This document shows positions 30,295 to 40,963 of a DNA stretch of 64,000 nt, one piece after another. The notes beneath the pieces were generated by a model. That model had not been told where the DNA came from. It was given only the letters and a program-made list of their open reading frames with translations, and made no database searches. Source of the stretch: an uncultured Planctomycetaceae bacterium (GTDB taxonomy: Bacteria > Planctomycetota > Planctomycetia > Isosphaerales > Isosphaeraceae); contig CAWCPP010000008.1 in NCBI GenBank assembly GCA_963797295.1, forward strand, positions 72,545-136,544, written 5' to 3'. Position 1 is the first letter of the stretch, and every line of letters begins with the position of its first letter. The position numbers and the translations under genes are program-made.

Positions 30295-33203
30295 TCATCG
30301 TCGGCTCGCCGGGATCATCACGTTACCCAGGTCTTGGGTCTGGCCTGAGCGGAGACCGTCGCCGCCGAAGAGGAGATATCGCCGGAATTCCCTTCAGGCT
30401 CGTACAGGCGGAACTTGTATCCAGTTAACAGCGATTCAACGCGGAACCTTCCCTGCCGACCTGTGATGATTCCCTCAGGATCTGAATAACGACTCCAGGC
30501 ATCGCGCTTCGGCTGGATCCACACTTCCAGTGCGACGCCGACTCGTGGCCGCTGATTCGTATCAATCAGCCGGCCTGTGACGGTTGCGCCGAGTTTCATA
30601 TGCACGGTAACCGTGCGCGCCATTTTCTATCGGCAGCTCTGCACCACCTACGAGCCCCTGCGTCGGGTACTGAAAAAAAACCGCTCGCGGCCGGCGCGGA
30701 TTGAACGCGTGCACGGTGAATTCCGCGGATTTCATGGAATTGTACCGCGAATCGCGGTCGGTCAGACCAAAGCTGAGTGCCCCGATGAAGGGCTTACCGT
30801 CTGGCCCGAGGATCGTGCCCGTAAAGTCCAGCCTGGGTCGAGCGTTACGTCCCGCTTCACCGATTCGACACCCTTGGCCGGATCGATCCGGGCGAGGGCG
30901 GTATAGTTGATCAGGGGCCCGAGTTGGCGGGGAGACGTATAAAGGTCGGGCTCCTTGGTTCCGTACTCGTCGTCCCGATCGGGCGCCAGCAGATGTTGGC
31001 CTGTATAGAACACGGCGATCAGGCCTGGCCCTGGCAGACCAACGACCCGGAAGGGAACCGTCTGTTTCGTCCGGATGCCCCAGTAAGGCGGAATCGTGCC
31101 GTCGAAACCGGGGTGGTCGCGAACATTCGGATTGGTTTTCAGCGCGAAATAGTCCACGGACCCCTGCACCGGCTCGCCCGTCACCTTATCGGTGACCTTG
31201 CCCTCGATCCAGATGCCGCGCTTCAGCCCGAAATCGATCGGTAACCGGGTCCAGGCCAGGGCTTTCGGGCACGATGGCATGGACGCTCGGATACGGCTGG
31301 TCGTCGCGCGGCACGAGCCGAATTTTGTTGCCGGTCGCCCTTTGGCATCCCCGTGAGCCGGTAGCGGCCCTGCGGCGTCGGTCGTGGTCTGGACGATGTC
31401 GTTGCCGGGTACGGGGTCGTTGGCCAGCTTGTTACTCTCGATTGTCACTCCCGCCAGCGGTTTCCCGGTGTCTTTGTCGCGGACGACGCCGACGATCGGC
31501 TTGGTCGGTGCGGCCACGTGCAGGAAACTGGCCCCGTAATAGGTGGTCAAGGTCGTGCTGGCTTTCTCGTATTCCAGCACCTCAATGGCCTCTTCCCGGG
31601 CGCGTTAGAATATTGAGATATTGGCTGACGATGGTCGGACCATCGAGTTGCAGCGTGGCAAGGCGGTTGCGACCGATGCCGGTGAGCCGGAAGCGGCCGT
31701 CGGCATCCGTCGTGACCTTTAGCGATCGAGCACGATCGTGACCCGCGAGAAATCTTGGTTCGAGTCGGTCGTTCTTGCCCCTGTCTTTCCCTTGGCGGCT
31801 TCGAGCCATGGGCCGAGGTCTTCTCCGGCCGCCGCGCGGATTTCCAGCACTCGGAGGGTTGCGCCCCGGAACCGGCCTCCCTTCGAGATCGACGATCTGG
31901 CCGGTGATCGGCTGGTCGTCCACCAGTTGAAGCGTCAAGTCGTCACTCTGCCCGTCCGCCGGGACCTCCGCCCAGGCGACCCCGTAGTTTCGCCAGCCGT
32001 CGCGGCAACGACGGACTTGTCATAAAGCGTATTCTCGTCCCCGAGTGTAAGCCGTGCCTGTCTATCGTCAAGGAAATGGAAGCGGCCGTCTGGTCCGGTC
32101 GTCGCAATCTCGTGCGGCATGGTACGGCCGTCTACGGTAGTAACCGGTTAACGGCGTCCGGTAGACTTCGCACCGGGCACGGGCCGTCCGTCCGGTCCCG
32201 AGTACTCGTCCGGCAAAGGTGACTTTGCCAGGGTGTCGGGCGAATTCGGAGCGGGCTGCGGTGCGGTCGTCCCGGCTTTTCGTTGGACCGGGTGAAAACG
32301 GCTTCGCGGCCGTCTTCCTTGGAAGCTCCTGTGAGAGCGATATCCGGGCGGCCGACGCTCCCCAGGCGATCAGGCCCAGTGCCAGGAGAGTGGCTGAGGC
32401 CAATATGAGTTTTTGGAGCAGCATGATTCTGAGCAATTCCTGTGTCAATTCCTTTGCCGCCGCCGAGACGATCCCGACGGTTATCGCGTGATCCACAGTG
32501 GCCAGGGCCGCCCGGACGGTCGCCTCGCTCCAGGCTGCCGGTACCGCGGCGCGGGCCTCGCGGAGGAACACCGCCCCCAGCATTCCGTCCTCCGGCCAGG
32601 CCCCGGCGAATCAGTCGGGCCTTGAGCCGCTTGCGTCCCTCGCTCAGTCGGCGCTGTAAGGTGCGCTCGCTCAACCGCAACTCCCCGGCGGCCCGATGCT
32701 GAGGAATGCGCTGTAGGTCGCAGAGAACGATCGCCCGGCGGAACTTCTCGGGCAGCCGGGCGATCTCTTCGTGGAGAGCCTGTAACTGCTCGTCCGGCGC
32801 CGCCGGCCCGAGTGTTGAGCATGCCGCGGCCATCTGTCCCGCCAGCCTTTCGCATGCCCGCCGCCGGGCGGCAGCGACGTTGGCCCGGATCGCCACGCGG
32901 TGTGCCACCTGATAGAGCCAGGGTCCCAGGGCAACGTGGCCGCGGAAAGTCGCCGATTTCTTGACCAGGATGAGGAACGTTGCCTGGAAGGCGTCCTCGG
33001 CGTCGTTCGGATCGTTCAAGATGCCCCGGCAGACGCTCAGGACCATCGGACCATGCCGCGCCACCAAGGCCTCGAACGCCGCGGCATCATGCTCCGGAGA
33101 CGAAGCGCTCGAGCAGTTGCGCATCGGAGAACCCCGTGACGGTTCCATCCGCCAAGAGGCGTTTGATCTGCCGTAGTGCAGCCCCGAGCGTCTCGATGGC
33201 CAT
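30295..33203 (-). CDS. ECF-type sigma-70 factor fused to a TM segment and a large extracytoplasmic region with carboxypeptidase-regulatory-like repeats, about 10 frame changes
   Basis: ATG 33203, MAIETLGAALRQIKRLLADG.. Region 2 is DAEDAFQATFLILVKK..WLYQVAHRVA and region 4 is LPEKFRRAIVLCDLQRIP..AAGELRLSERTLQRRLSEGRKRLKARLIRRGLA. The protein runs on into ..MLGAVFLREARAAVPAAWSEATVRAAL.., TM LILASATLLALGLIAW, GKVTFAGRVLG.., TTDADGRFRLTGIG.., ending ..GQTQDLGNVMIPASRR (stop 30295-30297). A single polypeptide is an inference. Confidence 0.65.
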
Positions 33204-33474
33204 TGCTCCTGTTCACCTCCAATCGTCGCCTCATTATCTAAAAGACCTGAGCGATGACCGAGCCGCCACTTTTTTTGCGAGCCATTCGCGCGGCACGCCG
33301 CCGGCATGTCGTTGCATCGATCCCGGGATCAGGATTTTCGCGATTCCAAGGCTTGGTCTATTATCAAGTTGAGTATTTGTTAGCGTCCGGGAGAGGATCC
33401 TTGTGGCGACCGTACCGAACGAGCCAGTTTCGTGAAGTCACATGGTATCGACCAGAGGAAACTCCAGGGTCGTG

Positions 33475-33750
33475 ATGCCTCATTTTACCGCCTGTCCCTG
33501 GTGTAGGACTCTCATCGTAGACTGGTTTCACGAGTGGTACCCCAAACCGCAATATGATCAGATCAAACTTGGTCAAACGGCCATGGATTGTCCTAATCAT
33601 CAATGTCGGCAACTGTGCACCTTGAATAAAGGGAAGCTCGTTCCAGCCCAAAACCTGGCAATCGCTCAACGGAGCCTGGCTCAAGCAGAACTTTGGGCTG
33701 TGCAACAACAAGGATACCCGACTCTCGAAGCATTTCTGACGCACCCCTGA
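33475..33750 (+). CDS. Small Cys-rich (zinc-ribbon-like) protein
   Basis: MPHFTACPWCRTLIVDWFHEWYPKPQYDQIKLGQTAMDCPNHQCRQLCTLNKG... contains CxxC and CxxxxC pairs. It lies in a lower-GC stretch. Confidence 0.45.
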   Translation: MPHFTACPWCRTLIVDWFHEWYPKPQYDQIKLGQTAMDCPNHQCRQLCTLNKGKLVPAQNLAIAQRSLAQAELWAVQQQGYPTLEAFLTHP

Positions 33751-33808
33751 CGAACAACCCCGAGCCAGGTACTTTCGCTCTGGGTATTGGTTCAAAATCA
33801 ATATTTAA

Positions 33809-34198
33809 ATGTACGAGAATCCAATGAGAAACTCTTTCATCCTGACCACCGCCGAGCTCGAGTTTCTGCACCACTTCAATCACGAATCCGTCACTGCTGT
33901 CCCGGGACCAGCGACTCTCTGGCTCCGGCAGCACGAGATTTTTCCGACCGTCATGCAGTCCTTCCAGTACGCCGAGCAGCAATCCAACCCCCGCTATATC
34001 GATCGAATCATGGAAGATCCTCTACCTCTTTTTCAGCCCGCGTGGTCGTCCCGCGAGGAATTCAACGCAAGAGCCTCTGAAATTGTGGCCGGCTTTCCAG
34101 AACTGAAGCAGTTACGCTCGGTTCTCCCCAATTTCCAACCGAATCTCACGTCCGCGCCGGAAAAGGCCTTTTCTCGAGAATCATGTCCACAGACATGA
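33809..34198 (+). CDS. Hypothetical protein
   Basis: Intact 129-aa ORF (MYENPMRNSFILTTAELEFLHHFNHESVTAVPGPATLWLRQHEIF...). It overlaps the next gene by 16 nt and I recognise no family. Confidence 0.4.
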   Translation: MYENPMRNSFILTTAELEFLHHFNHESVTAVPGPATLWLRQHEIFPTVMQSFQYAEQQSNPRYIDRIMEDPLPLFQPAWSSREEFNARASEIVAGFPELKQLRSVLPNFQPNLTSAPEKAFSRESCPQT

Positions 34199-34404
34199 AA
34201 CGACTCTTGGAAACCGCCCTTGCATTACCCGCCACCGATCGAGCCGTGATCGTGGAGTCGCTGCTGGCGAGTCTAGACCAACCTGATGCCATCATTGACG
34301 AACGTTGGGCGGCCGAGGCCGAACGGCGACTTACCGCATTCGAAACCGGTCAGATGAAAGCAATCTCCGCCGCCGCCGTCTTCGAGGAGTTCGACTGTCT
34401 GTGA
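34183..34404 (+). CDS. Putative addiction-module antitoxin component (partner type of RelE/ParE toxins)
   Basis: MSTDMKRLLETALALPATDRAVIVESLLASLDQPDAIIDERWAAEAERRLTAFETGQMKAISAAAVFEEF fits the conserved 'L....R..L...L..SL........W..E...R' pattern of this small antitoxin family. Confidence 0.65.
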   Translation: MSTDMKRLLETALALPATDRAVIVESLLASLDQPDAIIDERWAAEAERRLTAFETGQMKAISAAAVFEEFDCL

Positions 34405-34478
34405 CCGTCCGATTCTTTGTTAGAGAATTGCTTAACACCGCCCTTTCAAACCCCTCGCTAGCTTCGTATAGTAGATAG
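34401..34478 (+). pseudogene. Possible 5' stub of the cognate RelE/ParE-type toxin
   Basis: GTG overlaps the antitoxin stop as GTGA, the usual TA coupling. The ORF reads VTVRFFVRELLNTALSNPS... and stops after 25 codons. Confidence 0.25.
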
Positions 34479-34767
34479 GGCATTCAGTATCTTGCATGCA
34501 CCGCGATGGCGCAGTGCTAAACTGACGGCCACCCACCGCGGATTGGGATCCGAAAGCCTGGTCCCATCAGACCTTACAACACCACAACTTCGAGATGAGT
34601 TTGGACGTACGGAGGGGAAACCGTGTCATTTCGGTGCACCCTGACCTACCGGCTGGTGATACTTCAGGTTCTGGACATCGGCTCGATTTTCGAAAAGAGT
34701 GGCGGCCTGACCACTCGGGTTCATCCGACGAGCCGCGGTTGAACCCAACTGACGCAAGGGGGAAGGC

Positions 34768-37700
34768 ATGGCGTCTTGTCTGCGAACTGGGATTATGTTC
34801 TTGACGCTTGGGGTCGGCGCCTCGGTCCGCGCGGAAGGGGAATCGGCGGCTTCTGCCAATGAGATTAAACCGCGTCCGGTTAATTTTTCGCGATATCCGG
34901 CCGATTCTTTCGGACAATTGCTTCGCCTGCCACGGTCCCGATGACAAAGCCCGTAAAGCCGGCCTGCGGCTCGACACGAAGGAAGGGGCGTTTGCCAAGC
35001 TCGAGAGCGGCGGCACTGACGATCGTGCCCGCCAAGCCGGATGAGAGCGACCTGATATTTCGGGTCGAGAGCGACGACCCCGAGCTGCACATGCCCCCCA
35101 AAAAGAGTGGCAAGCAACTGACAGCCGACCAGGTTGCCATGCTGCGCCGCTGGATCGAGCAGGGGGGGACGTGGTCGACGCACTGGGCCTTCCAGGCGCC
35201 CAGGAAGCCCGGCGCTGCCTTCGCTCAAAAACGCTGGCGGCGTCATCAATGAGATCGATCGGTTCATTCTGGCCCGGCTTGAGGCCGAGGGGCTTTCGCC
35301 ATCGCCCGATGGCCGCCAAAACGACGTTGATTCGCCGCGTCACGCTCGACCTGACCGGCCTGCCTCCGACCCTTCGGGAGGTCGACGCGTTCCTGGCCGA
35401 CTCCTCCCAGGAAGCTTATGAGAAGGTCGTCGACCGCTTGCTCGACTCGCCTCGCTATGGTGAGCATATGGCGCGGTTCTGGCTCGACGCCGCCCGCTAC
35501 GGCGACACCCATGGCCTGCACCTCGACAACTATCGCGAGGCGTGGCCCTACCGCGACTGGGTCATCAATGCCTTCAACGCGAATAAGCCCTTCGACCGGT
35601 TCATCGTCGAGCAACTGGCTGGCGACCTGCTGCCCGGAGCGACTCCCGACCAGATCGTCGCCACCGGCTACAACCGCTGCCACGTTTCAACCAATGAAGG
35701 AGGCTCGATCGAAGAGGAAGTTTACGTCCGCAACATCGTCGATCAGGTCGATACCAACGGGACCGTGTTCCTGGGATTGACCACCGGCTGCGCCCGCTGC
35801 CACGACCATAAGTACGACCCGATCCGCGCGAAGGATTACTACCAGCTCTTCGCCTTCTTCAACAACATCGACGGCCCCGCGATGGACGGTAATTCTGCCA
35901 AATGGGCGCCGATCGCGCAGGTGCCAAGCGCCAAGCAAGCTGCGGCCCTGCGTGCCGTCGATGCCGAGATCGCCGAGCTGAAAAAGACGATCGCGGCCGA
36001 GGTGACCAAGGCGAAGGCCGCATATGACACCAAGGTCAGATGCCTCAGAAAGTGAGGCGGCCCAGCATCAGACTTCGTCTGGATCGACGACGCCTTCCCA
36101 CGGGCGCCAGCCCACAGGGAAACGGTCCGTGGAACTTCGTCGGCAAGCCCGATCACCCTGTATACAGCGGCGGCCTCGCTTTGCGCAATACGGCCCAGGG
36201 GCTCGATCAGCGCTTTTTCGACAACGCCGGGCGCAAGCTCAAGGTCGGCGCGGACGACACGCTTGTTTGCTTATGTTTATATCGATCCCAGTCAATCCCC
36301 CGCGAGAGCTCATGCTCCAGTGGCACACGAACGGCGGCTGGTCCCACCGCGCGTACTGGGGCGAGAACTGATCGACGTGGGGAGCCGATGGCACTCCCGA
36401 GCGGCTCAAGATCGGCGGCCTGCCCGCCTCAAAAAAGTGGGTGCGGCTGGAAGTGCCTGCTGCCAAGCTCAAGCTCAAGCCCGGCACAATCATCGACGGC
36501 TGGGCATTTACCCAGTACGGCGGGACCATCTACTGGGACAAGGCCGGCATCGAAACTGAGACTCCCAAGACGGCCAGGTTTATGAGTCCCTCACGGCCTG
36601 GGTTCGGGCCCAGCATGCCAGTGGCAACGCAGGCCTGCCCAAGAACCTGAAGGAAATCGTCGCTCTCGACCGGTCCAAACGAACCGAGGCCCAGACCAAC
36701 GAACTCCGCCACTACTTCATTGAACACGCATATGCCAAGACCAGTGCGGTGTTGGAACCGCTCCGATTGAAGCTCGAGCAAGCCGAGCAAAACACGAAAG
36801 CAACTCGATGACCAGATCCCGACGACCCTGGTCTTTCGCGAGAAGGCCGGCGAGCCGAAGCCGGCATTTCTGCTGAAGAGAGGCGAATACGACCAGCGGG
36901 GTGACAAGGTGGGCCGTGCGGTACCCGCGTTCTTGCCACCGCTTCCCCCGGGTGCACCGGTCAACCGTCTGGGCCTTGCCCAGTGGCTGATTGCGCCTAA
37001 CCACCCTCTGACGGCCCGGGTGGCTGTCAATCGTTTCTGGCTCCAGGTCTTCGGCACCGGCATCGTCAAGACAGCCGAGGATTTCGGCGCCAGGGCGAGC
37101 CGCCCAGCCATCCTGAACTTCTCGATTGGTTGGCGGTCCAGTTCCGGGAAGACGGCTGGGACGTCAAGCGGTTCATGAAGCGGCTGGTGATGTCGGCCAC
37201 ATATCGCCAGTCTTCGCGTGTGACGCCCGAATCACTGGCGAAAGACCCGGCCAACCGATTGCTGGCCCGGGGGCCGCGGTTCCGGCTCGATGCCGAGACG
37301 CTGCGCGACCAGGCATTTTTCGCGGGTGGCCTCCTGGTCGAGACAGTAGGCGGACCGAGCGTCAAGCCGCCCCAGCCGTCCGGCCTGTGGGAAGCCGTCG
37401 CCTATACCGATAGCAACACAGCGCATTTCAAGGCCGACACCGGCGTGGAAAAGATCCATCGCCGCAGCTTTTATACCTTCTGGAAGCGGACCTCGCCGCC
37501 ACCGCAGATGACGACGTTCGACGCTCCCTCTCGCGAGTCATGCCAGGTGCGCCGCGAGCGAACCAACACGCCGCTCCAGGCCCTTGCTCATGAACGAGCC
37601 GCAATTCGTCGAGGCCGCTCGTGCGCTGGCCGAGCGCGACCTTGCGCGAGGCGAGTGCGACGGCCGACGACCGCCTGGCCTACATGTTCCGGCTGGTGAC

Positions 37701-37916
37701 CTCGCGCTGCTCCGGATGCAAAAGATCTGGCCGAGCTGAGATCGGCATTCGACGACTTGACGGCCCACTACACCAAAGAGCCCGAAGCCGCGAAACAGTT
37801 GATCACGACCGGCGAGACCAAGCCCGACCCGCACTTGAGCCCCAGCCGAGCTGGCCGCCTGGACGATGATCGGCAACGTGATCTTGAACCTCGACGAGGT
37901 GATCACCAAGGGGTGA
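34768..37916 (+). CDS. Planctomycete PSCyt1/DUF1549/DUF1553 (PSD1) protein, at least 8 frame changes
   Basis: Signal peptide, then [28 protein letters not shown] (CxxCH), [68 protein letters not shown], ending [21 protein letters not shown]. The largest pieces are ORFs 35171..36055 and 37130..37699. Confidence 0.8.
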
Positions 37917-37938
37917 TCGATTTCCCGGAGTGCCGTCC

Positions 37939-39424
37939 ATGGACCCGATTCGCGAACAGATTGAACTGATGACGCGCCGGCACTTCTTCGGCCGCACGGG
38001 CCTGGGCCTGGGGACGGCGGCCCTGTCGACGCTGCTGGCGGAGAACGCCCGTAGTGCGGCAACGCCTGCCGGCGGCCTCGACCCGAGTCCCACGCTCACC
38101 GGCGGCCTGCCCGGCCTGCCTCACTTTCCCCCCAAGGCCAAGCGGGCTATTTATCTGTTCATGAACGGCGGCCCGTCGCAGATGGACTTGTTTGACTACA
38201 AGCCCAAGATGGACGCGATGTACGACAAGGACCTGCCCGAGTCGATCCGCAAGGGCCAGCGCCTGACCACGATGACCAGCGGCCAGGCCCGGTTCCCGAT
38301 CGCGCCGTCGAAGTACAAGTTCGCGCAGCACGGCCAGTCGGGCATGTGGGTCAGCGAGCTCTTGCCCTGGACGGCCCGGCTCGCCGACGAGATCGCTCTC
38401 GTCAAGACGGTCTGGACCGAGGCGATCAACCACGACCCGGCGGTGACTTATATTTGCACCGGCAACCAGCTCCCGGGGCGGCCCAGCCTGGGCTCGTGGC
38501 TCAGTTACGGCCTGGGGACGATGAACCAGAACCTGCCGGCCTTCGTGGTGATGACCGCCTCGTGGTCGAGCAAGCGGCCCGCGCAGGCGATCTACAACCG
38601 GCTCTGGGGAGCCGGCTATCTGCCCACCAAGCACCAGGGGGTCGCTCTCCGCTCGACCGGCGACCCGGTCCTGTTCCTCTCCAACCCCAAGGGCGTCGAC
38701 GCTCCGACCCGCCGCCGCGCGCTCGATGCCATCAACCGGCTTGAACCACCACGAATTCGACCAGTTCGCCGACCCCGAGACCCAGGCGCGGATCGCCCAG
38801 TACGAGATGGCGTTCCGGATGCAGACGTCGGTCCCCGAGCTGGCCGACATCTCGAACGAGCCCAAGAACATCCTCGACATGTACGGCCCCGACGTGCACA
38901 AGCCGGGCACGTTCGCTCGCTGCTGCCTGCTTGCCCGCCGCCTGGCCGAGCGCGACGTGCGGTTCGTGCAGATCTTCCACCGCGGCTGGGACCAGCACGG
39001 CAACCTGCCCGGCGACCTGCCGCGCCAGTGCCAGGACGTCGACCAGGCAAGCTTCGCGCTCGTCACCGACCTCAAGCAGCGCGGGCTTCTGGACGATACG
39101 CTGGTGATCTGGGGCGGCGAGTTCGGCCGGACGGTCTACTGCCAGGGCAAGCTCACCCGCGACAACTACGGCCGCGACCATCATCCCAAGTGCTTCCCCA
39201 TCTGGATGGCCGGCGCCGGCATCAAGCCGGGCGTGGTCTACGGCGAGACCGACGACTTCAGCTACAACATCGTCGCCGACCCGGTTCACATCCACGACTT
39301 GAACGCCACGATCCTTCACTGCCTGGGCATCGACCACCGCCGCTTGAGCCTCAAGTTCCAGGGGCTGGACGTGCGGCTGACGGGCGTCGAGGAGCATCAT
39401 CCGGTCAAGGGGATCTTGGCGTGA
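37939..39424 (+). CDS. DUF1501 (sulfatase-fold) protein, one frame change
   Basis: Tat-like [50 protein letters not shown].., then after a junction near 38745 [27 protein letters not shown].., [29 protein letters not shown]. Confidence 0.85.
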
Positions 39425-39439
39425 GCTCAGTCATTGCGT

Positions 39440-40957
39440 TCACGCCAGCAACTCCTTGCGGATCTTGGCTTCCCCTTCCGGGCCGATCAGCTTCTGATTC
39501 AGGCCCTGATAGGCGTAATTGAGCTTCCAGGCGTCGAGGCCCAGCAGGTGCAGGATCGTGGCCTGGAGGTCGTGAATGCTCACGGGATTGTCGGTGATGG
39601 TGTAGCCCAGGTCGTCGGTGGCACCAACGGTGATGCCCGGCTTGATGCCGCCGCCGGCCATCCAGATCGTGAAACAGTGCGGATGATGGTCGCGGCCCAG
39701 GAATGTCGAGCCGCCACGGGCCTCGTTCATCGAGGTGCGGCCGAATTCGCCTCCCCAGATCACCAGCGTCTCGTCGAGCAGCCCGCGCCGCTTGAGGTCG
39801 ACCAAGAAGGGCCGCGATTGGCCGGTCGACTTCCTGGCATTTTTGCGGGCAAGTGCTTGACGATGTCGTCGCCGGCACCAGTGCCGTGGCAGTCCCAGCC
39901 CCAGTCGAAGAGCTGGACGTAGCGCACGCCTCGCTCGACCAGACGGCGAGCCAAAAGGCAGTTGTTGGCGAACGACGCCGCCCCTGGTTTCGCTCCGTAC
40001 TGTTCGAGGATCGGCGCCGGCTCCTGGCGGATGTCCATGACGTCGGGAACGGCCATCTGCATCCGAAAGGCCAGCTCGTACTGGCTGATTCGCGTCAGAG
40101 TTTCGGGATCGCCGAACTCGGCAAGCTCATACTCGTTGAGCTGCTTGAGCGCGTCGAGCGTGCGGCGCCGATCGGTCCGGTCCATTCCCTTGGGATCGCT
40201 GACATAGAGAATCGGGTCGCCGACGGTCCGGCATTGGACCCCCTGATACACGCTGGGCAGAAAGCCGGTGCTCCAGAGGGCCTTGCCGCCGGTGGGGTCG
40301 GTGCCGCCGCTGATCAGGACGACGAAACCGGGCAGGTCCTGGTTCTCCGAGCCCAGCCCGTAGGTGATCCACGAGCCCATCGCGGCACCGCCGTTGCGCG
40401 ACGAGCCGGTGTAGAGAAACAGCTCGGCCGGTGCATGGTTAAACTGATCGGTATACATCGACTTGATGATCGCGATGTCGTCGACCGCGCCGCGCAAGGT
40501 GAGGCAAAAGCTCGCTCACCATCGCGCCGCTCTGGCCGCATTTTTGAAAGCGATAGGGCGAGCCGAGCAGCTTGGGATGCCCCTTGATGAAGGCGAACTT
40601 CTGGTTCTTGAGCAGCTCATCGGGGCAAGGCTGCAAGGTGATGCTTGACCAGCTCGGGCTTGTAATCGAACAGGTCTTGCTGAGGAGGCCCTCCCGACAT
40701 ATGCAGGTAGATGACTCGCTTGGCCTTCGGCGCGAAGTGAGGCGGCCGGGGCTGTCATCGGGTTGTCGGTCGAGGCGGCGCTGACAGCGCGGCATCCCGC
40801 TTTGGCTGTTGGCTCGCACCGGCCATGCTGAAGCTCTCTGCGATCCAGGAGCGTACCGCAGGGCGATCGTGCCCAGTCCGGCCTGCGATGTCTTCAGGAA
40901 CTGGCGGCGGGTCTGCGCCCGCGCCAGCTGCAGTTTCCAGGGCAGATCCGGATCCAT
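39440..40957 (-). CDS. DUF1501 protein (second copy), about 4 frame changes
   Basis: [33 protein letters not shown].., [36 protein letters not shown].., [18 protein letters not shown].., [29 protein letters not shown], ending ..[12 protein letters not shown]. Confidence 0.8.
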
Positions 40958-40963
40958 GAGACA

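Noticed and set aside
33204-34768. Lower-GC islet considered as a prophage or integrative-element remnant
   Set aside because: There is no integrase, recombinase, tRNA target or flanking direct repeats that I could see. It holds only three small ORFs and a toxin stub.
37903-39075. 390-aa minus-strand ORF and similar long ORFs (25184-26056, 28721-29404, 26937-27608, 22145-22729, 8908-9546, 60833-61630, 2865-3845, 7023-8021)
   Set aside because: All are Arg/Pro/Gly/Ala-rich shadow frames opposite or overlapping genes with clear family signatures, as is typical of high-GC DNA. None shows a recognisable motif.
39422-39442. Palindrome TGAGCTCA between the convergent DUF1501 stops, considered as a bidirectional terminator
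   Set aside because: The stem would be only 4 bp with no loop and no U-tract on either strand.
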